Shown: positions 18,683 through 29,141, counted from the stretch's first letter. The stretch is DNA of 64,000 nucleotides from Thermoplasmata archaeon (GCA_021826685.1 JAKAYT010000003.1:7980-71979); one strand, 5' to 3'. Program-made: numbers and translations. The notes: generated by a model not told the origin, from the sequence alone.

Positions 18683-20071
18683 ATGCCGACGAAGGGCCGG
18701 TACGATGTGGTGATCGTCGGCGCCGGCGCCATGGGCCTCGCCTCGGCCCACCATCTCATCGACCGGCGGCCGGAGCTTTCCATCCTGGTCGTCGATGCGC
18801 GCGCGGGCCCCGGCGAAGGGTCCATGGGGGCGAGCGCCGCCATGGTGCGGGACGTGTTCAGCTCTTCCGATAACCGGCAGCTCGCGCAGAGTTCGATCGC
18901 CTTCTACCGGCATCTCATGGACGAGCACGAGGAACTCCAAGGGCCCTCCCCACTCCTCGACCTCTACGGCTACCTCTGGTTGCTACCGGAGCGCTACATG
19001 GACGAGTACCGGGACTTGGTCCGGGGGAGCGGGGGCGCGTTGGATGCCCGGATGATCGAGCTCTCCGACCTGCGATCGTGCCCCGGCCTCGATCCGACGC
19101 CCGCCCGATGGTTCGAAGGGGACACCGCGGCGCCCCCGGACGCGATCGCGGGTGGCCTGTTCGGTCGCAACTGCGGGGCGGTCGCTCCCGAGATGCTCGC
19201 GAACTTCTACTTCGCCGCGGCTCGCGCTCGCGGCGTTGAGTTCGCGTTTGGCCTCTGGGCGCAACGGCTGTCCTTCGAAGGGCGAGAAGGGCTCCTGCTC
19301 CACGAGCCTTCGAAACTGCCGTACTCCTTCCAAGACCATGTCGAGGGTCGGCTGCGTATCGCTCGGGTCGTCTTCGGAGACGGGACATCCGTCCGGACCG
19401 ATCGGGTCATTGTGGCGGCGGGAGCGTGGGCCGAGCATCTCCTCCACCCGGTAGGGATCGCCACCGCCTGCAGCCCGCGGCCCGAACTCCTGTTCTCCGT
19501 TTCGGGTCGAGAGGTCGACGCGCTCCTCGCGTGGACCCCGCCGGTCGATCCCATCGACGCGCCTGCGGGACGGCCCCGTCTCCCGTTCCTGATCCTGCCC
19601 ACCGGGGCCACAATGAAGCCGATCTTCGGCGAGCGGCGAATCTGGATCGGGGCGGTGGACCACGTCGCGCATCCCATCGGCACCCGGGAGGACCCGGCCG
19701 CCGAGAGAGGCCTCGACTACCGCGCGGACCGTCTGGGGGATCGCGAGGCGTTCGCGACCGACGTGCTGCCCGCCGTCACTCCTTACTTCCCGAGGTTCGA
19801 TACGACCGGGCTGCGCCTCGAGAGATCCTGGGGCGGCTACTATCACTTCAGCCCAGAGGGCCTTCCCGTGCTCACGGAGGAGGCGTGCGGAGTGATCTTC
19901 ATCGGGGGAGATTCGGGAAGCGGCGTGATGAAGGCCGACTCGATCGGCCGCCTCGTTGCCGCGCTCTACGACGGGGCCCGCGAGGCCCGGCTCTTTCAGG
20001 GGGGCGCCTATCGGCTGGACCGGCTGTCGCTCCACCGTCGCGCGGTCGAGGAGGAGCGGATCATCCTCTGA
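18683..20071 (+). CDS. FAD-dependent oxidoreductase (DAO/sarcosine oxidase beta family)
   Basis: YDVVIVGAGAMG, VAAGAW, WGGYY, SGSGVMKADSIG. Confidence 0.9.
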   Translation: MPTKGRYDVVIVGAGAMGLASAHHLIDRRPELSILVVDARAGPGEGSMGASAAMVRDVFSSSDNRQLAQSSIAFYRHLMDEHEELQGPSPLLDLYGYLWLLPERYMDEYRDLVRGSGGALDARMIELSDLRSCPGLDPTPARWFEGDTAAPPDAIAGGLFGRNCGAVAPEMLANFYFAAARARGVEFAFGLWAQRLSFEGREGLLLHEPSKLPYSFQDHVEGRLRIARVVFGDGTSVRTDRVIVAAGAWAEHLLHPVGIATACSPRPELLFSVSGREVDALLAWTPPVDPIDAPAGRPRLPFLILPTGATMKPIFGERRIWIGAVDHVAHPIGTREDPAAERGLDYRADRLGDREAFATDVLPAVTPYFPRFDTTGLRLERSWGGYYHFSPEGLPVLTEEACGVIFIGGDSGSGVMKADSIGRLVAALYDGAREARLFQGGAYRLDRLSLHRRAVEEERIIL

Positions 20072-20118
20072 ACCCGGCCCTACGCATCGGACCGGCCGGT
20101 CGCGGGAGGCGGTCCCGG

Positions 20119-20868
20119 TCACCTCTCGAGGAAGTGACGGGCCCCGTCGATCGCGAATCGGACATCCGAGGCAAGCGCGATGAACCGGAAGCCGAGATCG
20201 AGCGCCGCCTGCTTCTCCTCGCGGTTGATCACGAGCGTCCCGGCGATCTTGCCGTGCCGCTCGCAGGATCGGACGACCTGGCCCATCGCTTCGCGGACCT
20301 TCGGATGGGTCCGTTCGTCCATCAAGCCGAGGTTCAGTGTCAGGTCCTGCGGGCCAACGAACAGCAGGTCGACGCCCTTCGTGGCCGCGATGGACTCCAC
20401 GTTCGCGAGGCCGTCCCGGGTCTCGATCTGGACGCCGACCATCGTCTCGGCGTTGGCATGGCGCAAGTAATGGGCCAGGTCCAGTCCGTACCGGGACGCG
20501 GCGGCGGCCGCGATCCCTCGGACCCCGTCGGGCGGGTACTTGGCGTAGGCGACGGTGGCTCGGGCCTGCGCCTCCGAGCTCACGAGCGGCACGAGGATTC
20601 CCTGGGCGCCCGAGTCCAGCGCTTGCTTGACGAGGTATGGATCGACGTCGCCGACGCGCACGAGGGGCGCGGGACCGTCGCGCCCCAGCACCGCCACCAT
20701 GGCCGCGAGGGTCTCGGGGTTCACCTGAGCGTGCTCGGTGTCGATCACGAACCAATCGAAACCCAAGCCCCGAAGCGCGTCGAGGTGCACGAGCGAGGGA
20801 GAGGAGATCCAAGTCCCGAAGGACGGAGCGCTCGACGAGGCGATACGATCCTTGAGGGGAGACGGCAC
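20119..20868 (-). CDS. HpcH/HpaI class II aldolase
   Basis: FDWFVIDTEH, ALDSGAQGILVP, YPPDGVRG, QIET, FVGPQDL. Confidence 0.94.
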   Translation of the reverse strand: MPSPLKDRIASSSAPSFGTWISSPSLVHLDALRGLGFDWFVIDTEHAQVNPETLAAMVAVLGRDGPAPLVRVGDVDPYLVKQALDSGAQGILVPLVSSEAQARATVAYAKYPPDGVRGIAAAAASRYGLDLAHYLRHANAETMVGVQIETRDGLANVESIAATKGVDLLFVGPQDLTLNLGLMDERTHPKVREAMGQVVRSCERHGKIAGTLVINREEKQAALDLGFRFIALASDVRFAIDGARHFLER

Positions 20869-21134
20869 GAGGAGGTCCTCCCCGGTAAGGGAGTGAGTCC
20901 ACGGAAGAGCCTTGCGGGACGGGTGAGTTGCGGGCCGATGCCAAAGGGCATAGGGGCGATGGGCCCCGTTTCGTCGGTTGCCGACGTACTTCGCAACTAC
21001 CCTATGGACGTGGGGACTCCCGAGGACCCGGAGATGGGGTGACGTTCGCTCCCACGGAGAGGTACTTCGGCCGAACGACTCGGTAACAGTAAACCTCTAT
21101 ACCCATCGGCCTCGTCCCAACTTGGTGGAGACCC

Positions 21135-21863
21135 ATGGTCGATTACCCGGCGATCGCAACGCAGCTCAAGCGTCAGCTGGGCCTCGGCATGGCTCCCGTC
21201 CAGATCTCCTATCTGGATGAACCTCCGGCCGGTCTGCCGCAGCACGAGGGCGGGGTCCCTTCCGTGTGCACGTTCTTTGCGTTCGGCACGGAGAAGGCAT
21301 TCTACGCGGCTCTTCCCCAGCACGAAGATTGCGAGATCGGAGCATTTGTCCTTGGCGTGCCCGCTCGGGGAGAGGTGGGCGGACGGCTCTTGTCGAGCAT
21401 CGAGATGATGCAGAAGGTCGGCTACCTGAACCCGGGGGAGGAGACCCGCGTCCCCCACAATACGGTGCCGCCGAAGTTCGTCGCCTACGGCCCCCTCGGC
21501 ACGCTCCCGATGCCCCCGACGGTCGTGCTGATGTTCACGAACCCGAAGGGAGCGATGCTGGCCACGGAGGCGGCGGGCTCCGGCACGGATGCGAAACCGG
21601 TGCCGATGAACAGCCGGCCCATGTGCGCCATCGTGCCGATCATGAATCAGGGCGCCCCGGTCGCGGTCTCGTTCGGATGCATCGGATCGCGGATCTACGC
21701 CGACCTTGGGATCGACCAGATGGTCATCGGCGTCCGCGGCGATCACCTTGCCGAGTTTGCGAAGAAGCTCGACACCATCGTGGCGGCGAACGCCACCATC
21801 GGCGCGGAGGATCAGGCCCGAAAGGACGCGGCTTCCCGCGCGCATCGCCCTCTCGCTCGCTGA
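21135..21863 (+). CDS. DUF169 family protein
   Basis: Spaced Cys pattern with SFGCIGSR motif. Confidence 0.82.
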   Translation: MVDYPAIATQLKRQLGLGMAPVQISYLDEPPAGLPQHEGGVPSVCTFFAFGTEKAFYAALPQHEDCEIGAFVLGVPARGEVGGRLLSSIEMMQKVGYLNPGEETRVPHNTVPPKFVAYGPLGTLPMPPTVVLMFTNPKGAMLATEAAGSGTDAKPVPMNSRPMCAIVPIMNQGAPVAVSFGCIGSRIYADLGIDQMVIGVRGDHLAEFAKKLDTIVAANATIGAEDQARKDAASRAHRPLAR

Positions 21864-21941
21864 GCGGCCGGAGCGAGAAGGCAGGATCCAGCGCTCCCGG
21901 CACAGGGCATCGTCTTAGCCCTCCGAACGCGTTGGGAGGAC

Positions 21942-23399
21942 GTGCCCCGCTCCGAGGTGGTGCGTCGGCGATCCGCCGCTCGCGCAACGGGTCGACGGCG
22001 CGTGAGCGATCGTTCGGCCGCGCGCTCCCCCGCGAGCCCCGAGACCGAGAACGCGGAGCTGAAGGAACTCCTTTCCGAGCTTTCCCACACCGATGGGAGT
22101 CGCGCCAACCGTGCGGCACTTCGTCTGGGCGAACTCGGGGAGGCTCGCGCTGTGGACTCGCTGGAGACCGCCCTGTCGAGCCCGGACCTGAGGACCCGAA
22201 TAGGAGCCGCCTCCGCCCTCGGTACGATCGGCCGTCCAAAGAGTCGGAAGGCGCTCGAAGGAGCGCTCGCGGACCCCGACCCCCGGGTCCGAGCGCAAGC
22301 CGCCTACGCGCTCTCTCGGCTGCACGATCGAAGGTCGACGGCGGCGCTCACCGATCGGCTCTCACACGACCCCAGCGCGGCCGTCCGCTACGCCAGCGCG
22401 CTGGCCCTCGGCCGTATCGGCGATCGACGCTCCATCGACGCTCTCGAGCGAGCGTTGGAGGACGAGTCCGACCGGGTCCGGAGAGAGGCGATCCTCGCTC
22501 TCGAGCGGTCGGGCGACCCGAGCGCGGCGAAGAAGGTGCGGCGCTTCCTGAAGGACCCCGCACGCAGAGTCCGGATCGCGACGGCGGTCGTGATGGGCCT
22601 TCGTCGAGATCGGGCGGGGGCCCGGCAGCTGATCGAGCATTCGCTCGAGTGCGACGCCTGGGAGCGTCCCGCGCTCGTCGTCGCGCTCGGGCGCATCGGC
22701 ACTCGGGAATGCGGCGAGGCATTGGCCCGAGCCGCGGACGACCCGGAACGATGGGTTCGGGTTTGCGCCCTCCATGGGCTCGCCGAGATGCGGGCGCCGA
22801 ATGCCGCGAGAGTGGCGCGCGCCAAGGCCCATGATCGATCCTGGTCCGTGCGAGGCGCCGCCGCTCTCGCCCTCGGACGCGTGGGCGCTCGTACCGATGC
22901 GAGCCTCCTCCTCTCCCTCTTGGACGATCCGCATCCTTGGCCCCGGCGCGGAGCGATCTACGCGCTCGGACAGCTTGGCATCAAGAAGGGCCGGCCCCGG
23001 ATCCGACTGGCGCTCCACGAGCCAGACCCCGAGATCCGACTGGCCGCCATCTGGGCGCTCGGTCAGCTCCGAGACCACGCGAGCGTGGAACCGTTGGTGC
23101 GGCAACTCCGGGCCACCCGACCCCAGCTGTCTTCGAACCGCCCGACGGTGGCGCGAGGAGACGGATCCGTCCGGCTCGTGTCGGATGCCGACTCCCGCCG
23201 TTTCGATGCCCTCGTCCAGGCCGTCGCGCGGATCGCCTGGAGCTTTCAGGACGCGGCCGCGATACGGGCGTTGGAGGATGTGCTCGGATCCCTTCCCAAA
23301 CACGAGCTCGGCCGGCCGGCCCGCCTCCCGACCCCGATCGGCACCAGCGCGTCTACGGCGACACTACGCGATCTTTTCGCCCCGACCCGCAAGCGGTAG
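21942..23399 (+). CDS. HEAT-repeat (PBS lyase-type) protein
   Basis: About 11 repeats of L.D....VR..AA.ALG.IG. Confidence 0.92.
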   Translation: MPRSEVVRRRSAARATGRRRVSDRSAARSPASPETENAELKELLSELSHTDGSRANRAALRLGELGEARAVDSLETALSSPDLRTRIGAASALGTIGRPKSRKALEGALADPDPRVRAQAAYALSRLHDRRSTAALTDRLSHDPSAAVRYASALALGRIGDRRSIDALERALEDESDRVRREAILALERSGDPSAAKKVRRFLKDPARRVRIATAVVMGLRRDRAGARQLIEHSLECDAWERPALVVALGRIGTRECGEALARAADDPERWVRVCALHGLAEMRAPNAARVARAKAHDRSWSVRGAAALALGRVGARTDASLLLSLLDDPHPWPRRGAIYALGQLGIKKGRPRIRLALHEPDPEIRLAAIWALGQLRDHASVEPLVRQLRATRPQLSSNRPTVARGDGSVRLVSDADSRRFDALVQAVARIAWSFQDAAAIRALEDVLGSLPKHELGRPARLPTPIGTSASTATLRDLFAPTRKR

Positions 23400-23431
23400 G
23401 GCTAGGTCCGCGATGGGGGGCCCCAGCGCCC

Positions 23432-24120
23432 TCACGATCGTGGCCGCGGGCGGGCCGACGCGGGCCGGAGACTCAGGGAACGCAGACCCGGTTGCGTGCG
23501 GACCAACAGATGAAGGTCGGCGGCCGTCAGTCGCAGATCCCGTGAACCGACCTCCCGGAACGGCGTTCGATTTCGGAACCGAAGAAGGCCGACGGCGGAG
23601 CCGAGCGCTCGATTCTCCCACAGATCCTCGCGACGGGGGACGCGCTGAGGGTCGACGGAGGAGCCGACGATCGGGAGCGGGGGATCGAAGAGTCCGTCGC
23701 AGATCGTGCGGGCGCCCAGGGCTTTCCATCGTTCTTCGGCTTCCAGAAGATGGCCCCAAGCGACCCACGTGGGCGGGCCCGGTAGACTCTGAAGAAACAG
23801 CACGAGCTGACCCGGGACCTTACCTCCGGATTGGGCGTCGAGCCACTGGTTTTCCCCGCCGACGCGTAGCCAGCGAACGAGCGGCTCGTCCTCCCCGGCC
23901 TGGATCACCCACCCGATGGTGAGGTCCGGTCGGAACGGGAGGGCCCAACGATCGACCGGAGAATCCACCATTTCGTCTCGGATGCCGCATCCCCCCAGTC
24001 CAACGCCCAGTATCTGCTCTCGGCCCCCACCGAGCCGAAGAGCCGGCTGTCCCCGAAATCCCTCGCCCACCCATGAGCCTGCCTCGGGAGGGGTTCCGTG
24101 ACCTCCATGACCCCCGTCAT
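23432..24120 (-). pseudogene. Probable frameshifted hypothetical gene
   Basis: GGAG SD + ATG at 24120; GC3-rich codons run in one frame to ~23945 and continue in the -1 frame to the stop at 23432. Confidence 0.5.
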
Positions 24121-24356
24121 GGACTCTCCTACCGTCGGAGGTTCGCTCGAAGGGTACGACCCGATGCAACGTCAAAGGATTCTTGACCCGGGAGGGGGAA
24201 GCGCGAGCTGACGGGGATGTTCCGTGGTGACCGACAGGAACATCCCCGGGCCAAGGAGCCCACGATCGGCTGGCGGCTGCTCCGCCCGCACGACGGGCTA
24301 CCGGAGAACGACGGGACGCCCGGACCCCGACGCCGAATCGCGCTCTCGCACCCGAT

Positions 24357-24863
24357 CTAGGCACGACGCGCGCAGATTGGGCAGCGCCACGAGGTGTCCT
24401 TCGGGTCCTGCACGAAGAACACCGGCGTCGCATGCTTCCGGCGGTAGCAGACGAACAACCGGCGATCGGATCCGTCGCGGGCGCGGAACGGATAGACCCT
24501 CCAGTACACTACACGGACGTCCCTTCGGGGCCGGGACCGGGCCAGAAAGCGTTCGGCCGCTCGGCCCAGTTCAGGCCCATGCCGCGTCGCCACCCTCAGA
24601 TCCCGCGCACGTACCAGCGAGGCCGGTACGGACCATCCGCGTAGGGTCCGCCGGACGCGGGGCGTAGGGTCGCGCGAACCCCATTCTGCGTAGGTAGTGA
24701 CCGAGACCACGCCCGAAGGGCAGGCGCGAATCGACCAGATCCCGGGCAGCGAACTCCGCACCGATCGTACTCGGATCGGTCGATCGCAGTGACGGTAGCA
24801 GTTGCCTCCCGGCGATGCGAGGGCACGCCGTAGGACCGACGGCACCGATCCGCGCCGAGTCAC
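24357..24863 (-). CDS. Basic hypothetical protein with putative Zn ligands
   Basis: GTG start overlaps the upstream stop (GTGA); CYRHC, CYRRKH and CPIC. Confidence 0.65.
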   Translation of the reverse strand: MTRRGSVPSVLRRALASPGGNCYRHCDRPIRVRSVRSSLPGIWSIRACPSGVVSVTTYAEWGSRDPTPRVRRTLRGWSVPASLVRARDLRVATRHGPELGRAAERFLARSRPRRDVRVVYWRVYPFRARDGSDRRLFVCYRRKHATPVFFVQDPKDTSWRCPICARRA

Positions 24864-25246
24864 GAACTCGCCCGGGCCCGAGCCTTGCGTATCCAATCGC
24901 TCGCCAGTAGGTCCCGCCACGCCTTGGCCGTGCGAGGGACCTGCTCGGAGAATCCGGTCAGGAGGTGGTCCACCTTTCCATCCGACCACTCGAGGAACAC
25001 TTGCGGGATGAGGTAGTCCGGCGAGGCGTCGCCATGCGCCCTCACCATCCGGTCGGCGAGCTTCACCTGGTTTCCTCGATCGATATCCAGAATGCGGAGC
25101 GGGACCCTCAGCCGGGCGGCGAGCCGCGTACCGTTGCGGACCGACAACGGCACGCAATGAGGGCACCACTGCGCAAGGACGATGGTGAGGCGGCGGGGCC
25201 GGGACGTGGGTTTTCGGCTAGGCACGAACGACGTACGCCTCGACAC
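24860..25246 (-). CDS. Thioredoxin/glutaredoxin-like protein
   Basis: AQWCPHC active site, IPQVF cis-Pro loop. Confidence 0.8.
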   Translation of the reverse strand: MSRRTSFVPSRKPTSRPRRLTIVLAQWCPHCVPLSVRNGTRLAARLRVPLRILDIDRGNQVKLADRMVRAHGDASPDYLIPQVFLEWSDGKVDHLLTGFSEQVPRTAKAWRDLLASDWIRKARARASS

Positions 25247-25352
25247 CTCAAAACCTCGGTGAACGCGCTACGGTGTCGTAGACATTCCCGAAAGCGGTAC
25301 AGAGGATTGATTCTTACGAGAGGAGTCATATCGCCGTTCGCGGTCGCGAAGC

Positions 25353-25892
25353 GTGGTGGCCCAATCCAAGTACGGGGTACGTATCGAGCGGAGGGTTCCG
25401 ACACGCCTCTATCCGTTCACCCGCTACTTCCACGGTTTTGACAAGGTTGCGGCCGTTCGCGAACTCTTCGGGCGCTCGACGCCCAAGGTACTGCGCGCGC
25501 TGCGCGTGGAGTTCTTCTCGGCCCGGTTCGGATACATGGGAACGAGCGACATCGACGGCCATCTTCTGATGAGCACACACCATCTCGAGGGCAGCGACCT
25601 GCGTACGCTCTACCTCGACATCGTCCACGAACTCTCCCACGTCCGGCAATTCCGCCGGCACCAGCCGTTGTTCTATCCGAAGCTGAGCTACGTGGACGCT
25701 CCATCGGAGATCGAGGCGTACCAGTTCACCGTCCGCGAGGGTCGGCGTATCGGCATGACCGACCGCGAGCTGATGGACTATCTCCGGGTCGAGTGGATCT
25801 CACCTCAGGAACTTCGCCGACTGGCCCGACTCTGCGGGGTCAAGGTCTCGCAGCCGCGACGGATGGCGCGCCGCGGACGGCTACGGCGCTGA
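25353..25892 (+). CDS. Putative minimal zincin metalloprotein
   Basis: IVHELSHVRQ (HExxH) plus SEIEAY third-ligand helix. Confidence 0.75.
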   Translation: MVAQSKYGVRIERRVPTRLYPFTRYFHGFDKVAAVRELFGRSTPKVLRALRVEFFSARFGYMGTSDIDGHLLMSTHHLEGSDLRTLYLDIVHELSHVRQFRRHQPLFYPKLSYVDAPSEIEAYQFTVREGRRIGMTDRELMDYLRVEWISPQELRRLARLCGVKVSQPRRMARRGRLRR

Positions 25893-26903
25893 GGCTCGGC
25901 AGTCCAGGACCAGTGCGCCGTCGACCCGGCCGGACTTGAGGTCGGCGAGCGCCTCGTTCGCATCCTCGAGCGGACGAACCTCCACCGTGCTCTGGAGGTG
26001 CAAACGGACCGCCAGGTCAAGGAACTCTCGTGCGTCGGCCCGCGTGTTCGCTTCGACGCTCGCGATTCGACGCTCGCCAAACAAGAGGCGGTCGTAGTCG
26101 ATGGATGGGATCGGGCTCACGTGAATACCGGCGATCGCGACCGTCGCTCCCTTGCGGACTTCCCGGAGCGCATCGATCACGACCGAGCCCGCCGGGGCGA
26201 ACACGATGGCGCCGTCGAGCGTGGGCTCGATCGACGTTCGAGGCTCCGTTGTCAGGACGCTCTCGGCCGCCCCGAGCGACCGAGCGAGGGCGAGGTGGGC
26301 CGCGGTGCGCGAATAGGCGACCGTGTCGAAACCGAGCCTCGCGGCGAGCTGCAGCGTCAGGTGCGCCGAACCGCCGAAACCAAAGAATCCAATCCGCCCG
26401 CCGAGCCGGGGCATGGCCGTCTTGAGCGCGCGATATCCGATGAGCCCCGCACAGAGCATCGGCGCCCAGCCCGCCGAGTCTCCTTCGGTAGGAAGCTTCA
26501 GCACGTAGCCCTCCTTACCCACGACGAACGGCGCGTAACCGCCGTTCTCGCTGTAGCCCGTGAACGTCTTCTCGCTGCAGAGGTTCTCGCGTCCGGTCAA
26601 GCAGTACTCGCACCGGCCGCACGTACTGTGGAGCCACGGGACGCCGACCCGATCTCCGACGGACAACGTTCGCACTCCCGGACCGAGCTGGGCGATGGTC
26701 CCTACGATCTCGTGGCCGGGGATCACCGAAGGTCGCACGGGGGGCAGATCCCCCTCGACCACGTGCAGGTCGGTGCGGCAAACGCCGCACGTATCGATCC
26801 GGACGAGGACCTCGTTTTCCTTCGGTTCCGGCACCACTACCTCTTCGGGCCACAGCGGCCGGTTCTCGACCGGGCCGGGTCCGTGGAGCACCATCGCCCT
26901 CAT
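25881..26903 (-). CDS. Zinc-dependent alcohol dehydrogenase
   Basis: CGVCRTDLH, PGHEIVG, CGRCEYC..ENLC, GFGGSA; ATGA-coupled to the upstream gene. Confidence 0.96.
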   Translation of the reverse strand: MRAMVLHGPGPVENRPLWPEEVVVPEPKENEVLVRIDTCGVCRTDLHVVEGDLPPVRPSVIPGHEIVGTIAQLGPGVRTLSVGDRVGVPWLHSTCGRCEYCLTGRENLCSEKTFTGYSENGGYAPFVVGKEGYVLKLPTEGDSAGWAPMLCAGLIGYRALKTAMPRLGGRIGFFGFGGSAHLTLQLAARLGFDTVAYSRTAAHLALARSLGAAESVLTTEPRTSIEPTLDGAIVFAPAGSVVIDALREVRKGATVAIAGIHVSPIPSIDYDRLLFGERRIASVEANTRADAREFLDLAVRLHLQSTVEVRPLEDANEALADLKSGRVDGALVLDCRASAP

Positions 26904-28027
26904 CGACCGCCCTCCGTAGCGGCCGTGAGAGCTGCGCCGATGTCCTCGACCAGATCGTCGGCGCTCTCGCAACCGGCGCTGAGCCGGATGAGTCCCTCCG
27001 GTAGGGACTCTCCGGCCCATCGACCCCGCCGCTCGGCCGTAGTGTGGACCCCGCCGAAGCTGGTCGCGGTAAGGACCAGATGGCACGCGTGGAGGAACCG
27101 TTCGGCAGTCGCTCGGTCCGCGAGCTCGAAGCTTACGATCGGCCCGAAGCGACGCATCTGGCGGGAAGCGATCGGGTAGGAAGGATCGTTCGGAAGCCCC
27201 GGATAGCGCACCTGCCGGGTCTCGGGGCGCGTCCGGAGGAACCTCGCGATCGCGAGGGCGTTCGCGCACGCGCGCTCGAGACGGACGTCCATCGTCTCGA
27301 GGGACCGATGCGCGAGCCATACCTCCATCGGTCCGGCGATGGAGCCCTGCTCGTCGCGCCCGCTCTTCAGACGAGCCGCACGTTGGGGATCGCGCACCGC
27401 AACGTGGCCGAGGATGAGGTCGCTGTGTCCGCAGAGTGCTTTCGAATCGCTGGCGACGGAAAAGTCGGCACCGAGCTCGAGCGGCCGCTGGGCAAGTACG
27501 GTCGCCGTGGTGTTGTCGACGGCGACGAGCGCTCCCCGCCGGTGGGCCTCGGCAATCATGGGAGCCAAGTCGCACACATCGAGCATGGGATTGCTCGGTG
27601 ACTCGAGCCAGACGAGCGTCGCTCCCTCGAACAGATCCGCGAACTTCGGATCCGCCGTCGGGGCCATTCGGACTTCGACGCCCAGCGGGGCGTAGAATTC
27701 CCGAGCGACCCGCCGGGCCAGGTTGTAGCCGTCGGAAGGCATGGCGAGGACGCGGGAACCCGAGGCACGCAGGAGCGTGTCGGTCCACACCGCGTTTACG
27801 GCCGCCATCCCCGACGCGTAGACGAGCGTGGGCCCTCCTTCGAGGTCGGTGAGGGCCCGTTCAAAGCGCGTCCAAGTCGGGTTGCCGTTGCGGCCGTAGG
27901 TGTAGGGGGAACTCGAAGGCTCGCCCTCCAAGAAGAATTTCGACGCGAAGGTCGGTCCGGGCAAGAACGGCTCTCCTTGCGCCGGAGCGGGGAGCCCCGC
28001 CTTGATCACGCGGGTCGCGTCGCGCAT
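26900..28027 (-). CDS. Cystathionine gamma-lyase family PLP enzyme
   Basis: YGRNGNPT, SGMAA, ESPSNP, VDNT, SDSKALCGHSD, TSFGG. Confidence 0.93.
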   Translation of the reverse strand: MRDATRVIKAGLPAPAQGEPFLPGPTFASKFFLEGEPSSSPYTYGRNGNPTWTRFERALTDLEGGPTLVYASGMAAVNAVWTDTLLRASGSRVLAMPSDGYNLARRVAREFYAPLGVEVRMAPTADPKFADLFEGATLVWLESPSNPMLDVCDLAPMIAEAHRRGALVAVDNTTATVLAQRPLELGADFSVASDSKALCGHSDLILGHVAVRDPQRAARLKSGRDEQGSIAGPMEVWLAHRSLETMDVRLERACANALAIARFLRTRPETRQVRYPGLPNDPSYPIASRQMRRFGPIVSFELADRATAERFLHACHLVLTATSFGGVHTTAERRGRWAGESLPEGLIRLSAGCESADDLVEDIGAALTAATEGGR

Positions 28028-28160
28028 GCGGTGCCGGACGGCCCCGACCGTCAAACCCTCTTCGGGGGCCCTGAACCGGGGGACGCCCGGCCCGCGACCG
28101 GCGGTAGGGCCACGGAGCGGACGAGAGGGGTCTCCGGCGGCCCGACCGATGCGGGTCGCG

Positions 28161-28718
28161 CTAGGCCGATGGAGGAATCAGACCCACGGCCTCGAGCACG
28201 TCGTCGTGAGAACGGGCCATCTCCTCCCGCTTCAACGTCCGCGTGTCCACGAGCGCGAGGTCCTTCCACGCCGGGGCGGGCCCGAGCTCGGACTCGGAGA
28301 CCGGCCCTGTGTAGACGAATCCGATGTCCCAATGGTGGGCGAGGTCGGGAAAGTGCCGGGGCGTTGCGACCTCGGAGAAGATCCGCGGAGGCTCGAGCGT
28401 GCGGTCGCGCCGCAACCCGAGCTGTTCGACTAGAATGCGGCGGGCCGCCGCCTCCGGCGCTTCGCCGAAGATGAGGTGCGAGGACGGGATCATCCATCCC
28501 TTCGAGTGAATCTCGGCGCGTCGGGCATCGAGGGCTCCGATGTGGTCCCAGGGAGCACGGGGATCGAGATGCCCGAGGAGGATGCGGTGCGCGTCCGATG
28601 GGTCGTGCAGCATCACGAACGCCGACAGGCACATGCCTCCCTTCGGCACCTCGGTGATCGATAGAGAGGTCCCCGACGGAGGGTACGCGAATCGACAGAA
28701 CGCACGGTCAGTCGTCAT
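28161..28718 (-). CDS. NUDIX-fold protein (divergent box)
   Basis: WMIPSSHLIFGEAPEAAARRILVEQLGL. Confidence 0.75.
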   Translation of the reverse strand: MTTDRAFCRFAYPPSGTSLSITEVPKGGMCLSAFVMLHDPSDAHRILLGHLDPRAPWDHIGALDARRAEIHSKGWMIPSSHLIFGEAPEAAARRILVEQLGLRRDRTLEPPRIFSEVATPRHFPDLAHHWDIGFVYTGPVSESELGPAPAWKDLALVDTRTLKREEMARSHDDVLEAVGLIPPSA

Positions 28719-28804
28719 GCTCGCACGAGCCTCCCTTGGGATATCGGTCTTGCCCCTAGCTCTTCGCTCCTGCTCAAATACGAGGCGGGGAGTGCTCGCG
28801 GGTC

Positions 28805-29107
28805 ATGCCCCCGCGACGATCGGCGAAGCGCACGCCAAGGCCCCGGGCCCGGCCGCCTCCCCGGCAGCGGCGACGAACCACGACGGTCCAGGATCGTCGA
28901 CGGATCCTCCACCTCCCCGAGCCTCCGCACGGCCACATCGTCTGTCGCAGTTGCGGGCGGATCCATCCGCTCGATCTCCTACCGGCCGACCGCGACGTCC
29001 TCCTCGAGATGACTGCGCGCGGACCGGACGGCTGGGCGGTCGAACGCGTCGCCTACTCAATCGCCGCCGTGTGCCCGAGATGCCAACGGAACGTAGCCGC
29101 GACGTGA
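28805..29107 (+). CDS. Fur-family C-terminal (metal-binding/dimerisation) domain only
   Basis: HGHIVCRSCGRI...CPRC; the N-terminus is a short Arg/Pro-rich tail. Confidence 0.75.
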   Translation: MPPRRSAKRTPRPRARPPPRQRRRTTTVQDRRRILHLPEPPHGHIVCRSCGRIHPLDLLPADRDVLLEMTARGPDGWAVERVAYSIAAVCPRCQRNVAAT

Positions 29108-29141
29108 GACCCGACCGCTCGCCGGGGGGGCGGCCGCTTCG

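Noticed and set aside
18983..20944. Long antisense or alternate-frame Arg/Pro-rich ORFs here and throughout
   Set aside because: Expected shadow ORFs in high-GC DNA, overlapping well-supported genes
20938..21042. 34-aa ORF MPKGIGAMG...
   Set aside because: Too short, no motif or supporting signal
21942..23399. DNA-level repeat array
   Set aside because: Periodicity is explained by protein HEAT repeats
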